From NCBI GenBank assembly GCA_963665325.3, contig CAXXWS020000002.1, forward strand, positions 640,001 to 704,000: DNA of 64,000 nucleotides, written 5' to 3'. The position numbers were made by a program, and so were the translations under genes. Origin of the DNA: Alphaproteobacteria bacterium. GTDB lineage: Bacteria; Pseudomonadota; Alphaproteobacteria; Bin95. A model generated the notes under the pieces. That model did not search any database, was not told where the DNA came from, and was given only the letters and a program-made list of their open reading frames with translations. Of the stretch, positions 9,378 through 19,487 are shown one piece after another (position 1 is the first letter of the stretch; every line of letters begins with the position of its first letter).

Positions 9378-9937
9378 GCCGTTTCCGGTGCGCTCGCTTC
9401 CAGTCCCCATGCCGTCCAGCCGGGCGCATGCTCGCGGGAGAACAGTTCGATCCTGGACTGGGTGGGGAACATTGCCTCGATGCGCTGACGGACTTCCGCC
9501 GGCTTTTCCGAATGCGGGCCGCGCCCGGCGCTCACGAGCTGGCGGATGTTCCGGGCCCCCCGAGGTTGCGGAATCCTGCCCCGCTTGAACACGAGGCAGA
9601 GCTCGCACTGGCTCAGCGTGTAGAAGCCGGGATTGGTCTTCTGCTTGTCCCACACGAAGGCGACCGTGGCCCAGTTGAAGCCCCATGCCTTTCCGAGGTC
9701 AATGGCCTGGTCGAGATGCGGATTGGTGGCCCAGAGGAACAGCAGGCTGTTGGGCGCCGCGATGTTCGCGACCGGCAGCGACTTGAGGTCGTTCAGAGTG
9801 ACGGTGGGATAGTGGCGGACCGCGCCGCCCGAATCGCGGGATCCGGGCCCTGCATGCTGCAACTGGCCCTTATAGTCCCATGGCGGATCGGCATAGACGA
9901 TGTCGAAGACCCGCTTCGGGAGGTCCGGGAAAACCAA
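9374..9937 (-). CDS. MT-A70 family N6-adenine methyltransferase (orphan)
   Basis: FDIVYADPPW catalytic motif, HYPT, LFLWAT, AFVW.K and HSEKP...RIELFSR..PGW..WG. Confidence 0.9.
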   Translation of the reverse strand: MVFPDLPKRVFDIVYADPPWDYKGQLQHAGPGSRDSGGAVRHYPTVTLNDLKSLPVANIAAPNSLLFLWATNPHLDQAIDLGKAWGFNWATVAFVWDKQKTNPGFYTLSQCELCLVFKRGRIPQPRGARNIRQLVSAGRGPHSEKPAEVRQRIEAMFPTQSRIELFSREHAPGWTAWGLEASAPETA

Positions 9938-9969
9938 TCGGGCGCTCTCCTCCTGGATGCCCGCCCGGC

Positions 9970-10767
9970 TCAGGCGAAAAAGGCCTCGACCGCCTGCGCC
10001 ACCTCGGCGGGCCTGTCGAGCTCGGCAAGATGGCCGGCGCCGTCGATCGCTTGCAGCCGTGAGGGACCGCCGAGCTTCGCCGCGATCCGCTCGCCGTAGG
10101 AGCGCGGCAGGATGCGGTCTTCCGCGCCCCAGAGCAGCAGGGCCGGGGCGCGAACCCGCCCGAGGCGCTTCTCCAGCCCGCTATTGCCGAGCGGCCAGAA
10201 AACCCGCGCCGAAGCCTCCAGCGCGCGCGTCTGCTCGATCGGCCATTCGATGGAATTCGCGCCATCGGGCGGGGCCTTGAACGCGTTCCAGTTTTCGGGA
10301 TCGGCGCAGAGCATTCCCGGCAGTTCCGGCAGTCTTTGCGCCCAGGGGTCGGTCATCGGCTCCGCTTCGTCGAACAGGCCCCAGGGCGCGACCAGGGCCA
10401 GCCGGTCCACCTTGTGGGGCCAGAACGCGGCGATCTCCAGCGCGAATGACGCGCCGGGGCCGGAGCCGACGAGCAAGGTGTCGTTGCCCTCGAGGCCGCA
10501 GCCGTTCAGGAGGTCGCGGACCGCCAGCACCCAGTCCAGATGATCGACCAGCTTCGTGTGGCCGAGGCCGCCTGGATAGCCGGGGATGGAAGGCGCAACG
10601 ACTTCGTGGCTCTCCGCCAGACGGTCGAGGAAGGCCGGCCATTTGGGCAGGCCGCCGTGACCGGCCAGGAAGGCGAGCGGGCGGCCCGTCCCCTTCCGCC
10701 AGACGCGGCAGGGCTCGCCGTTGACATCCACATGGTCGATGGCGGGAGGCGGGGAAGCCATGTCCAT
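9970..10767 (-). CDS. alpha/beta hydrolase fold protein
   Basis: APSIPGY, VGSGPG at the nucleophile elbow (atypical), LLWGAEDRI and GAGH. Confidence 0.82.
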   Translation of the reverse strand: MDMASPPPAIDHVDVNGEPCRVWRKGTGRPLAFLAGHGGLPKWPAFLDRLAESHEVVAPSIPGYPGGLGHTKLVDHLDWVLAVRDLLNGCGLEGNDTLLVGSGPGASFALEIAAFWPHKVDRLALVAPWGLFDEAEPMTDPWAQRLPELPGMLCADPENWNAFKAPPDGANSIEWPIEQTRALEASARVFWPLGNSGLEKRLGRVRAPALLLWGAEDRILPRSYGERIAAKLGGPSRLQAIDGAGHLAELDRPAEVAQAVEAFFA

Positions 10768-10780
10768 ACCTGTCGCGCCC

Positions 10781-12055
10781 CTATTCCGCCGCCACGGCGC
10801 GGTGCGCGATGGGATCGGGTGCCGCCCGGTCGGCGGCGGACATCGGCGTCGGCCACCAGTGGTTCTCCCATTCGCTCCAAACGTCCTGGAGCTGCGGCAT
10901 CACCTGCTCGGCATAGAGCCGGGTGTTATAGTTCGCCAACTGCTTGTCCATATTGCCGAATTGCAGCAGCAGCATGAGCTGCCCGAAGCGCAGGTCGTGG
11001 ATTACATGGCGGAGTTTTTCGGCCACCTGGTCCGGCGTGCCGATGATGACATAGCCATTGTCCAGAATGGCGTCGAACTCGCGCGCCGACTTGCTGACCT
11101 GCAGCGCCTTGCGGTTCTGCAGCGCGGCGCTGGCGACCTGGCTCTGGATGCCGGCGCGCTGGGTCGCCTCGGTGGTGTAGCCCGGCGGTGCGGCGAAGCG
11201 CGGGTCGATGTGCAGGCAGCGCCCGTAGAAATACTCCGCCGGCTCGCGGTAGAGCTCATAGGCCTCCGCCTCGGTCTCGGCGACACCGACGAATTGCAGG
11301 AAGCCGGCGCGGTAGGGGTTCGGCTCCTTGCCGAGCCGCTTCATCTCCTCCCAGAAGCCCTGCATCGTCTGCAGGCCGGCCTTGTAGCCGAAATAGGAGA
11401 GGTAGCAGTACACATAGTCCATCTCGGCGCACCAGCGCCAGGTCTCGACCGACCCGCCGCCGGGGACCCAGACCGGCGGGTGGGGCTTCTGCACCGGGCG
11501 CGGCCAGATATTGATATAGCGCTGCTGGTTGAAGCGCCCGTTGAACGCGAAGGTGTCGGGTTCGGTCCAGGCGCGCATCACCAGGTCGTGGGCTTCCAGA
11601 TATCGCTCGCGCAGCAGGCTCGGGTTCTGGCCGTAGGCATAGCAGGTGTCCATCGGCGAGCCGACCGGAAAGCCGGCAATCAGGCGGCCGCCCGAGATGC
11701 AGTCGATCATCGCGAACTCTTCGGCCACGCGGGTCGGCGGGTTGTAGAGCGCGAGGCTGTTGCCCATGACGCAGAGCGCGGTGTCGGGGTTGGCGCGGCG
11801 CGCGAGCGCCGACGCGATCAGGTTGGGCGACGGCATCAGGCCGTAGCCGTTGGAGTGGTGCTCGTTGCAGCACACGGCGTCGAAGCCGACTTCCGCCGCA
11901 TACTCCATCTCGTCCATGAAGTCGTTGTACATGTAGTGGGCGCGCTCAGGATCGAACAGGCGCGAATGGATATCGACCCACACCGACGGGTTGTGCTCCC
12001 GGAAATCGTCCGGCAGCTCCGTATAGGGCATAAGGTGGAACCACAGATGCTTCAT
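10781..12055 (-). CDS. luciferase-like (LLM) flavin-dependent monooxygenase
   Basis: GFDAVCCNEHH, RVAEEFAMIDCISGGRL and PRPVQKPHPP motifs. Confidence 0.92.
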   Translation of the reverse strand: MKHLWFHLMPYTELPDDFREHNPSVWVDIHSRLFDPERAHYMYNDFMDEMEYAAEVGFDAVCCNEHHSNGYGLMPSPNLIASALARRANPDTALCVMGNSLALYNPPTRVAEEFAMIDCISGGRLIAGFPVGSPMDTCYAYGQNPSLLRERYLEAHDLVMRAWTEPDTFAFNGRFNQQRYINIWPRPVQKPHPPVWVPGGGSVETWRWCAEMDYVYCYLSYFGYKAGLQTMQGFWEEMKRLGKEPNPYRAGFLQFVGVAETEAEAYELYREPAEYFYGRCLHIDPRFAAPPGYTTEATQRAGIQSQVASAALQNRKALQVSKSAREFDAILDNGYVIIGTPDQVAEKLRHVIHDLRFGQLMLLLQFGNMDKQLANYNTRLYAEQVMPQLQDVWSEWENHWWPTPMSAADRAAPDPIAHRAVAAE

Positions 12056-12153
12056 GGGGCTTTCCCGCTTCCTTCTCGTCCGCAGCCGAGTATTGCCGCC
12101 GCCCCGCCCCGGTGCAAGCGCACCGGGGCGGGGAAGGGCGAACGGTCAGCAGG

Positions 12154-13473
12154 TCAGCGGTCGAACAGGACGCTCGGCAGCCAGGTCGCGGTTCCGGGGA
12201 AGAAGAACACGATCATCAGGCCGATCACCTGTAGCATCATGAAGGCCGCCATGCCGCGGTAAATGTCCCCGAGCGACCACTGTGGCGCCACGGCACGCAA
12301 ATAATATGCAGCCATCGCAACGGGCGGCGACAGGAACGCCGTCTGCAGGTTGACGGCCACGAGCGTGCTGAACCAGACCAGGTCGAAGTTGAGCTTGTGC
12401 ACCACAGGCACGAAGACCGGGAGGAAGATGAACACCACCGCCGGCCATTCGAGCGGCCACCCGAGAATGAAGATGACCACCATCAGGATGGCAAGCAGGA
12501 ACAGCGGGTCCACGGGCAGCCCGAGCATGAAGTTGGTCAGCAGGTTGCCCGTGCCGAGCCGGGTGAACACCGCGCCGTAGATGTTCGAGGCGACGGCCAG
12601 GAACAGCACCAGGCTGGAAGTGGTGAGCGTTTGGCGGCAGGCGTCCAGCAGGATGCGCCAGGTCAGCCGACGATAGGCCACGGTCAGCAGCGTCGCGCCG
12701 AGCGCGCCCATGCCCGCTGCCTCCGTCGGCGTCGCGATGCCGACGATGATGCTGCCAAGGGCCGAGAACATGATGACGGCCAGCGGCACGATGCCCGAGA
12801 AGAATTCCCGGAAGATCTGGCCGATCGAGGTCGCGCGGTCTTCCGGCGGCAGCGGCGGTCCGAGTTCCGGGTTCAGGAAGGAACGGATCATCGCGTAGCC
12901 GATATAGAGGGCGGCCAGGATCAGGCCCGGAATGAGCGCGGCTGCGAACAGGTCGATCACCGAGACGCCGATGATGGGGCCCATGACCAGCAGCATGACG
13001 CTCGGCGGGATGAGGATGCCGAGGCAGCCGCCAGCGGCGATGACGCCTGCGGACATGCGCGGATCGTAGCCGGCGCGGGTCATGGCCGGCGCCGCCATCA
13101 TGCCCATCACGGTAATCGACGCACCGATGATGCCGGTCGCGGTCGCGAACAGGGTGGCGGTGCCCAGCACGCCCAGATAGAGCGACCCGCGCACCGGCGC
13201 CAGAATGAACTGGAATGATCGGAACAGCCGCGCCATCAACCCGGCGCGTTCCAGGATATGGCCCATGAAGATGAACAGCGGAGCCGCGGCGAGCTCGCCT
13301 GCCTTCATGATGCCCAGGGTCTGGAAGTACATCTGGTAGAAGACCGAATCGCCGAAGACGGCGTAGCCGAAACCGGTCGCCAGGATTATCAGCGTGAAGG
13401 CGATCGGGAAGCCGACGAAAATGCCTGCGATGAGCGAGCAAAGCAGGACCAGGCCGAGAATATCCGAGCTCAT
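12154..13473 (-). CDS. dctM: TRAP transporter large permease
   Basis: Polytopic membrane protein; AAPLFIFMG, GILIPPS, GIATPTEA and FLSPP motifs. Confidence 0.94.
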   Translation of the reverse strand: MSSDILGLVLLCSLIAGIFVGFPIAFTLIILATGFGYAVFGDSVFYQMYFQTLGIMKAGELAAAPLFIFMGHILERAGLMARLFRSFQFILAPVRGSLYLGVLGTATLFATATGIIGASITVMGMMAAPAMTRAGYDPRMSAGVIAAGGCLGILIPPSVMLLVMGPIIGVSVIDLFAAALIPGLILAALYIGYAMIRSFLNPELGPPLPPEDRATSIGQIFREFFSGIVPLAVIMFSALGSIIVGIATPTEAAGMGALGATLLTVAYRRLTWRILLDACRQTLTTSSLVLFLAVASNIYGAVFTRLGTGNLLTNFMLGLPVDPLFLLAILMVVIFILGWPLEWPAVVFIFLPVFVPVVHKLNFDLVWFSTLVAVNLQTAFLSPPVAMAAYYLRAVAPQWSLGDIYRGMAAFMMLQVIGLMIVFFFPGTATWLPSVLFDR

Positions 13474-14036
13474 ACTTCGCTCCCGATCAATTCTGCATCC
13501 TCAAGGAGCGGCTTGTTCTCCACCATCGCGTAAATGCTCTTGCAGAGCTCCGAGACGCCCTGGAACAACAGCAGCGCCGCCGCGGCCGGGATCGTTGCCT
13601 TGAACGGCACGATCGACGGTCCCCACGGGGTGACGTCCGACCGTTCGGCGGTGTTGTAGGCGTGGAGCATCTCTTCCCAGCCGACGAAGAAGAAGAAGAT
13701 CATGCCGGGGAAGAAGGCGAGGATGTAGAGCGTCGTGTCGAGGGTCCCGCGGGTGCGGAACGACCAGTTGTTGTAGAAGATGTCGGTGCGGACATGGCCG
13801 CCCTTGAGCAGGGTGTATCCGGCGCCCAGCATGAAGAAGGCGCCGTAGAGCATGAAGGTGAGTTCGAAGGCCCAGTCGGTCGGCGCATTGAACACATAGC
13901 GCGAGATCACCTCAAAGCAGACGACGTAGAGCAGCGGTATCGCCAGGAACGCGATGATCCAGCCGCCGATCCAGTCCGACACGCCGTCGACAAAGCCAAC
14001 GATGCGCCGCATCCACTTCTCAATCGTTTCGTTCAT
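13470..14036 (-). CDS. dctQ: TRAP transporter small permease
   Basis: Four hydrophobic segments; RYVFNAPT.W..E and HVRTD motifs. Confidence 0.92.
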   Translation of the reverse strand: MNETIEKWMRRIVGFVDGVSDWIGGWIIAFLAIPLLYVVCFEVISRYVFNAPTDWAFELTFMLYGAFFMLGAGYTLLKGGHVRTDIFYNNWSFRTRGTLDTTLYILAFFPGMIFFFFVGWEEMLHAYNTAERSDVTPWGPSIVPFKATIPAAAALLLFQGVSELCKSIYAMVENKPLLEDAELIGSEV

Positions 14037-14086
14037 CGCAGCCTCGTTCCCTCTCGAGTTCGTTCGGGGGACATGCGCCGACGGCG

Positions 14087-15130
14087 CTACATCAGGAACA
14101 CGCCCTTGCCGGTCGTCTGGGTGTCGAACAGCTCGTAAGCCTCTACGGCCCGGTCGAGCGTGAATTCATGCGTGAACAAGGCATCCACATCGATCTTGCG
14201 CTCGGCGACGAAACGCGCGCACTCGGCCTGGCCGTTCTTAGAGAAGGTCCATGAGCCGACCACGGTCACCTGGCGGCGCAGCATGTCGTTCGACACATCG
14301 ATGGTGACATCGCCGCCCTCGCCGACGAAGCAGGCCGTGCCCCAGCTCCGCACGCAGCGCACGGCGTCGCGGCGCGCCTCGGAACTGGAGCTGCAATCGA
14401 GAGATTTCTGCGCGCCTTCGCCGCCGGTCAGGTCGCGGATCGCCTGGACGACATCGTTGGAGCGCGGATCGACGACCTCGTCGGCGCCGAATTGGCGCGC
14501 AAGCTCGCGGCGCTCCTCGCCGATGTCGAGTGCGATCACGCGCGCGCCCATTGCCTTGGCGAGTTGCGTGGCGCTCAGCCCGACCGGGCCCTGGCCGAAG
14601 ATCGCGATAGTTTCGTCGCCTGCCAGCGCGAGGCGTTTCAGCGCGCCGTAGGCCGTGCCGGTTCCGCAGGAAATCGCAGCTCCGGTCTTGTAGGAAAGTT
14701 CGTCCGGCAGCTTCACCAGCGTGTGCGCCGGCACCTTCATGTAGGCGGCATGCGCGCCATGCCCCGTCGCGCCGAAGACGGTGGTGCCGTCGAGGCACAT
14801 TTGCGACCAGCCCTGCCGGCAATGCTTGCACACGCCGCAGCCGTCATAGTGGTGGTCCATCACACGGTCGCCCACCCTGGCCAGCGCTTCCGGCACGCCT
14901 TCGCCGACTGCCGCCACGACGCCGCAGGGCTCGTGGCCGGCAATCACCGGGCCACCGGGCCCGACCATGCCGAGCGCTGCCGCGCCGCCCTTGACCCGGT
15001 ACATCTTGAGGTCGCTGCCGCACATGCCCGAAGCCTTGATCTCGATCACCGCCTCGCCGGGTCCGGGAACCGGATCGGGAAACTCCGTGAGCTCGAGTTG
15101 GCGGTCGCCGAGAAACACCACGGCCTTCAT
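14087..15130 (-). CDS. zinc-dependent alcohol/polyol dehydrogenase
   Basis: GMCGSD, GHE, CGVCKHC...C and GQGPVG motifs; start at ATG 15130. Confidence 0.92.
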   Translation of the reverse strand: MKAVVFLGDRQLELTEFPDPVPGPGEAVIEIKASGMCGSDLKMYRVKGGAAALGMVGPGGPVIAGHEPCGVVAAVGEGVPEALARVGDRVMDHHYDGCGVCKHCRQGWSQMCLDGTTVFGATGHGAHAAYMKVPAHTLVKLPDELSYKTGAAISCGTGTAYGALKRLALAGDETIAIFGQGPVGLSATQLAKAMGARVIALDIGEERRELARQFGADEVVDPRSNDVVQAIRDLTGGEGAQKSLDCSSSSEARRDAVRCVRSWGTACFVGEGGDVTIDVSNDMLRRQVTVVGSWTFSKNGQAECARFVAERKIDVDALFTHEFTLDRAVEAYELFDTQTTGKGVFLM

Positions 15131-15230
15131 GCGCCTGCCTCCATGCGGAATCGTCTGCGTGTCCGGGCCGGACAAAGCCGCCTGCCTCCCGCATGGAGCG
15201 GAAGGCAGGCAGCCCGTCAGGCCGTTGCCG

Positions 15231-16337
15231 TTACTTCTTCCAGTAGTAATCCGCCAGCCAGTCGTAATCGACCTGCGAGAACTGCCGTGCAGGCACGATC
15301 TCCTCGGCATAGACGCGCTGGGATTCGATCACCTCGGCGAAGAACGGGTTCTCCGCGATCGCCTGATCGCGGATTTCCTCCCAGGCCTTCATCTGGCCGG
15401 CGAGGATACTGTCCGGGGTCTTGTGGAACTGTACGCCCGCTTCCTTCAGCTTCTTGATCGCAATGGCGTTGAGCCTGTGCGTCTGGAGCACCTGCCAGAG
15501 CGTCGCCTCCCAGCTCGCCGACTTCATGATCTCCTGGATGTCCTTCGGCAGCGAGCGCCACACCTCACCGTTGATGATGAGTTCGATCAGCGTCGCCGGC
15601 TCATGCGCGGACGGCAGGTAGTAGTGCTTCAGGATCTGGTAGAAGCCCATGTCGATGTCGGCGGCCGGACCCGCCCACTCGGCGCAGTCGATGATGCCGC
15701 GCTCGACGGCGGGCAGGATTTCGCCGCCGGACATGTTGACGGTCTTCATGCCCGACTTCGACATCACCTCGCCGGTAATGCCCGTGGCCCGGCACTTGAT
15801 CGTGGCGAGGTCCTCCCAGCTCGTTACCTCGCGGTTGAACCAGCCGAGCGGCTGGTTGCCCACCGGCGAGATCGGGAACACGACGACATCGCGGTCGAGG
15901 ATTTCCGTGAAGAGCCGGTTGTGCAGTTCGAGGCCGCCGCCGTCATAGACCCAGCCCCAATAGTCGATCCAGTCGAAGCCCCACGGGCCGCCCGGCGCCG
16001 GGCCGAACAGCGCCGCGGCGCGGTTCTTGCCGACATAATAGGCCGATGCCGAGAATCCGCCGTCCAGGACCTTGCGGGCCGTCGCGTCCAGAAGCTCGAA
16101 CGAGGGCACGATCGCGCCGCCCGGCTGGACGATGATCTCGACGCGCCCGTTCGACAACGCGTTCACGCGGTCCGCGAAATACAGGAAGCTGTTGTGGGTG
16201 TAGAACGAAGACGGGAATGCCGTCTGGAATTGCAGCTTGATTTCCTGCGCCGAGGCGTCCTTTGCCGGCGCCATTGCGATCAGCGCGCCGGCGAATAACG
16301 CCAGGCACCAGACCGTAATTCGTTTCAACCCTGTCAT
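15231..16337 (-). CDS. dctP: TRAP transporter periplasmic binding protein (TakP/keto-acid-like)
   Basis: Signal peptide; LSNGRVEI, GWFNREV, GGEILPAVERGIIDCAEW. Confidence 0.9.
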   Translation of the reverse strand: MTGLKRITVWCLALFAGALIAMAPAKDASAQEIKLQFQTAFPSSFYTHNSFLYFADRVNALSNGRVEIIVQPGGAIVPSFELLDATARKVLDGGFSASAYYVGKNRAAALFGPAPGGPWGFDWIDYWGWVYDGGGLELHNRLFTEILDRDVVVFPISPVGNQPLGWFNREVTSWEDLATIKCRATGITGEVMSKSGMKTVNMSGGEILPAVERGIIDCAEWAGPAADIDMGFYQILKHYYLPSAHEPATLIELIINGEVWRSLPKDIQEIMKSASWEATLWQVLQTHRLNAIAIKKLKEAGVQFHKTPDSILAGQMKAWEEIRDQAIAENPFFAEVIESQRVYAEEIVPARQFSQVDYDWLADYYWKK

Positions 16338-16476
16338 CGATAGTCCTCCTCACTCCTCGCTTCGGCATTCGCCGTCGGCCGCTGTTCCAACGATGCGGCA
16401 AACAAGGGCGCGAACACCGTGAAGGAGAAAGCCTGCGACGGTACGGCACAGCGCGTCAAGGGACTAGATTCGAAGC

Positions 16477-17045
16477 TCAGCCTCTTCCGTCCGCGTCGAT
16501 TCGCGCACGCTGGCGCTCATACATCATCGCGTAGCGCAGCCAGTGGTTGTATGCCGTGGTGAGCGCGAAGAGGAAGCCGCAACGGCCTTCCCGCCACTGG
16601 CCGCGCAGGAGGTAATTCCGGAGGAAAAAGACAGGCAGGCCGAACCAGACGCGCAGGGCAACCGGGCGCCGCCGCCCGTTGTCGAGGAAACGCACGCGCC
16701 GAACCATCGCGCTGGCCTGCTTCCGGGAGAGATGATCGATATCGTCGAAGGCATGGTGCAGTAGCGGCCCCCAGAGCGGGCGCACCCGGAGCCCGGGGGG
16801 GATGCGGAACTGGTCCCATGCGCCGTGTGCGGGCATGCGTACTTTGCGGCGGTCGTAGAACTTGGCGCGCCGGGGCGCGCGCGCCCTTCGCCAGATACGT
16901 CCCGACGGATCGACGGTCATGAGAGAGAGCCGGTACACCTCGCCGTCCGGCTCGCCCCCGGCGAACAGGTCCCGGACCTCCCGCGCCAGCTCATCGCTGA
17001 CGATCTCGTCGGCATCGACGTCCAACAGCCAGTCGTGCCGGCAGA
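16477..17045 (-). pseudogene. 3' fragment of a GT2 glycosyltransferase (WaaE/KdtX-like)
   Basis: CRHDWLLDVDADEIVSDEL (DxD), LLHHAF and FFLRNYLLR...G..GF motifs; the N-terminal domain is absent here. Confidence 0.75.
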
Positions 17046-17319
17046 GTCGACGTCGACCGGCGCGCCGGGCTGATCCTCGTATGACATCGGCGAACCGGCG
17101 CGCAATGCTTGCCATCGGCGGGGCGAGTTGCCAACTCCGCGAAGCCGCATCGACACCCCCTTGGTCGACTACGAGCGAACATCGTGCCCCCCCGGTCCGA
17201 CCGTCATGGCTGGTTTTGTTGATGCGATACGAACCCGGCCGCCCGCGAGCAAAGTTGTGCAACCGGGGTGCGGCGGGTTGGAAATTTTGGAGACAATTTC
17301 GTGGGTCGCAAACAGGCGC

Positions 17320-18159
17320 TTAGACGCCCTTCTGGAGCTTGTCAAAGACGACGTTGCGGTAATTCGGCGAACCCTTCGGCGTCGACCTCGGAACAAAACC
17401 GGCGTCGGCCATCAACGCCGTAAGTTCACGCGACCGCGTCTCACTACCCTCGATTTCGACGATCACTGATCTAACAGTCGGCGCCAAAAGCATATTTCGT
17501 CCGCCCCGTAGAATGTCGGGCTCCAGACCGTCGACGTCAAGCTTCAAGTGCGTCGGAAGCGGCAGCGAAAACAACCGGACGAGATCATCCAAAGAAAACC
17601 CAATACCACCCTGGCGGAACTTAACCCCGATGACATTATCAAGCTGGTCAACCATAACACCAAAGCCATGTTTCGATCCACCAGGATCTGTGTTGGCCAT
17701 GTTCAGCTTGTCGATTTTCGTATCCCCGCAAAGGGCGGCCGGTAGTGTCGTTATCCGGTCATCCATGCCGTTCAGCTCTATGTTTCTATTGAGCGCCCAG
17801 TAAGAGGCTGCTCCGGGCTCAAAAGCCAGAACCTGTACATTCGGGCGCAAGGCAGCATAAAGACTGTATACTCCCACATTTGCGCCGATGTCCCAGAACA
17901 CAACAGGATCATTAGTGAAATTATCAATCCAAGCGATAGTGTCGGGCTCGGAACGGTCAAGCTGTGAAAATCTTATGCCACTTTCCGAGACAAATTGAAG
18001 AGTGCCCCAGCGTGTATCTGAAATCAAAGGTTTTCTCTGTAATAGAATCGAATGAGCGCGATATAATGCCTTGATCTTACGTTTTTTGCCGAACGGATAA
18101 GTGATCCCGTGAGCAAAAACATATATAAGCCGGGCCAAAGTTCGACTCACTTTCAGCAC
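17320..18159 (-). CDS. FkbM family methyltransferase
   Basis: FWDIGANVGVYSL, AFEP and HLKLDVDGLE motifs; visibly lower GC than the flanks. Confidence 0.9.
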   Translation of the reverse strand: MLKVSRTLARLIYVFAHGITYPFGKKRKIKALYRAHSILLQRKPLISDTRWGTLQFVSESGIRFSQLDRSEPDTIAWIDNFTNDPVVFWDIGANVGVYSLYAALRPNVQVLAFEPGAASYWALNRNIELNGMDDRITTLPAALCGDTKIDKLNMANTDPGGSKHGFGVMVDQLDNVIGVKFRQGGIGFSLDDLVRLFSLPLPTHLKLDVDGLEPDILRGGRNMLLAPTVRSVIVEIEGSETRSRELTALMADAGFVPRSTPKGSPNYRNVVFDKLQKGV

Positions 18160-18308
18160 TCCTTAATTCGATTTCTTGGCAATTCTTAGCTAGCCTTATG
18201 CTCTACTGCTGCATATTCAGGCGGTTTCTCTGTCCCACGTCGGCCAATCTTTTCCCATTTTGAGCGGATCGATCAACGGAACCACGCCCTGCAACTTTCA
18301 ATCGCGTG

Positions 18309-19039
18309 TTAGGACGAATTCAGCGCCTGGCGGCGGCGCAACCAGTCCGCTAGACGGTAGCTGACCGCAGCCGCGTACTCCAAGACAGTCCGCTTGACCT
18401 TCGGCTTGGTCTTGATGGAAGGCGGACCCCCGCGTGTCGGACGATAGCCGGTTCGACGGCCAGGAACACCAGTCCGTTTTGCCACCATTCCGCGTACAGC
18501 CAGTCTATTGGCGCGCGGATGCGCCAGCAGTAGTGAAGGAGCGCTTCGGCTGCCTCCATCCGGATAATGTAGCCGACCGCCCCGCCAAAGCGGCGACGAT
18601 ACCTGACAAGCCGACGCCCGGTGTCCAGCACCGCTAGGACTCGGTCAATGCGGTATTGCCGTTTCGGCGCGAGTTGCACGATGTCCCATTCCACATCGGC
18701 CTTCATGATTTCCTCAATGATGACGGCAAACTCGTCCTCCAGCCGCGCATCGTCCTGCAAGATGATAGCGTAAGGCGTTCGGGCTTCTACCATGCGTTGC
18801 CAGATGAACCAGTTCGACAGCAAGCACCCGATCTGACCCGGGGCCAGTTCGCGGCCCCGCATGACCCGCCACCACTCGGTCTGCATTCGGTGCCGATGCT
18901 CTTCCTCGTCAAGCTTGTCCCCGTCCACAGCGTCGAAGAATTCGAAATCGAACTCGGCAAGCTCCTGTCGAATGGCAGCACGGCGCTCGACGTCCCTTGC
19001 GAGGGAAATTACAAAGATGGGCGGCATAGTTCTCGGCAT
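18309..19039 (-). CDS. glycosyltransferase family 25 (Lex2/LgtB-like), probable frameshift near the C-terminus
   Basis: IFVISL...RR, FFDAVDG, GQIGC..S, IILQDD and PID motifs. The ORF as read stops at 18350; one extra G in the G5 run at 18427-18431 gives a natural-looking tail ending at 18309. Confidence 0.85.
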
Positions 19040-19289
19040 GATGGTGAGGTGCCTCGCCTTTTCCGACAGATTGACGGCTGGGCTAGAGTGTTTCCCGATT
19101 TCTTCAGGCCGCCAATATTCTCTTGAAACATTCTTCCTGTCGCAGCTGCGCCTGTGGGAAGGCAGGCAGGACGCGAAGTGGCATGTCCATCATATCCACA
19201 TTCGGGCGATCGCGGTATGCCTCGGCCGTGGTTGGCCCGTCCAACGTTGCGTGAGGTTTCCCGGTGTGGAAGAAGCAACTGGGCCTTGG

Positions 19290-19454
19290 ATGGGCTGCCG
19301 CAATCGAGCCGTTCGTCGAGCCGGAATCCACCACCACGACCTCGCGCGCGACCACGAGGGCGGCGCAGACGGCCGCTCCCATCCGGGGCTCTTCGTCGAG
19401 TGTCCGGATGTAGCAGGAGATCGGGGGCGTCGCTTCCGGGCGCAACGCAGTCAA
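19290..19454 (-). pseudogene. 5' fragment of a GT2 glycosyltransferase
   Basis: PISCYIRTLDEE.RM...EVVVVDSGST matches the GT2 N-terminal nucleotide-binding segment; similarity is lost after about 19290. Confidence 0.72.
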
Positions 19455-19487
19455 CGCAACAGGCTACGTCCCGGCCCACGCCGCCTG

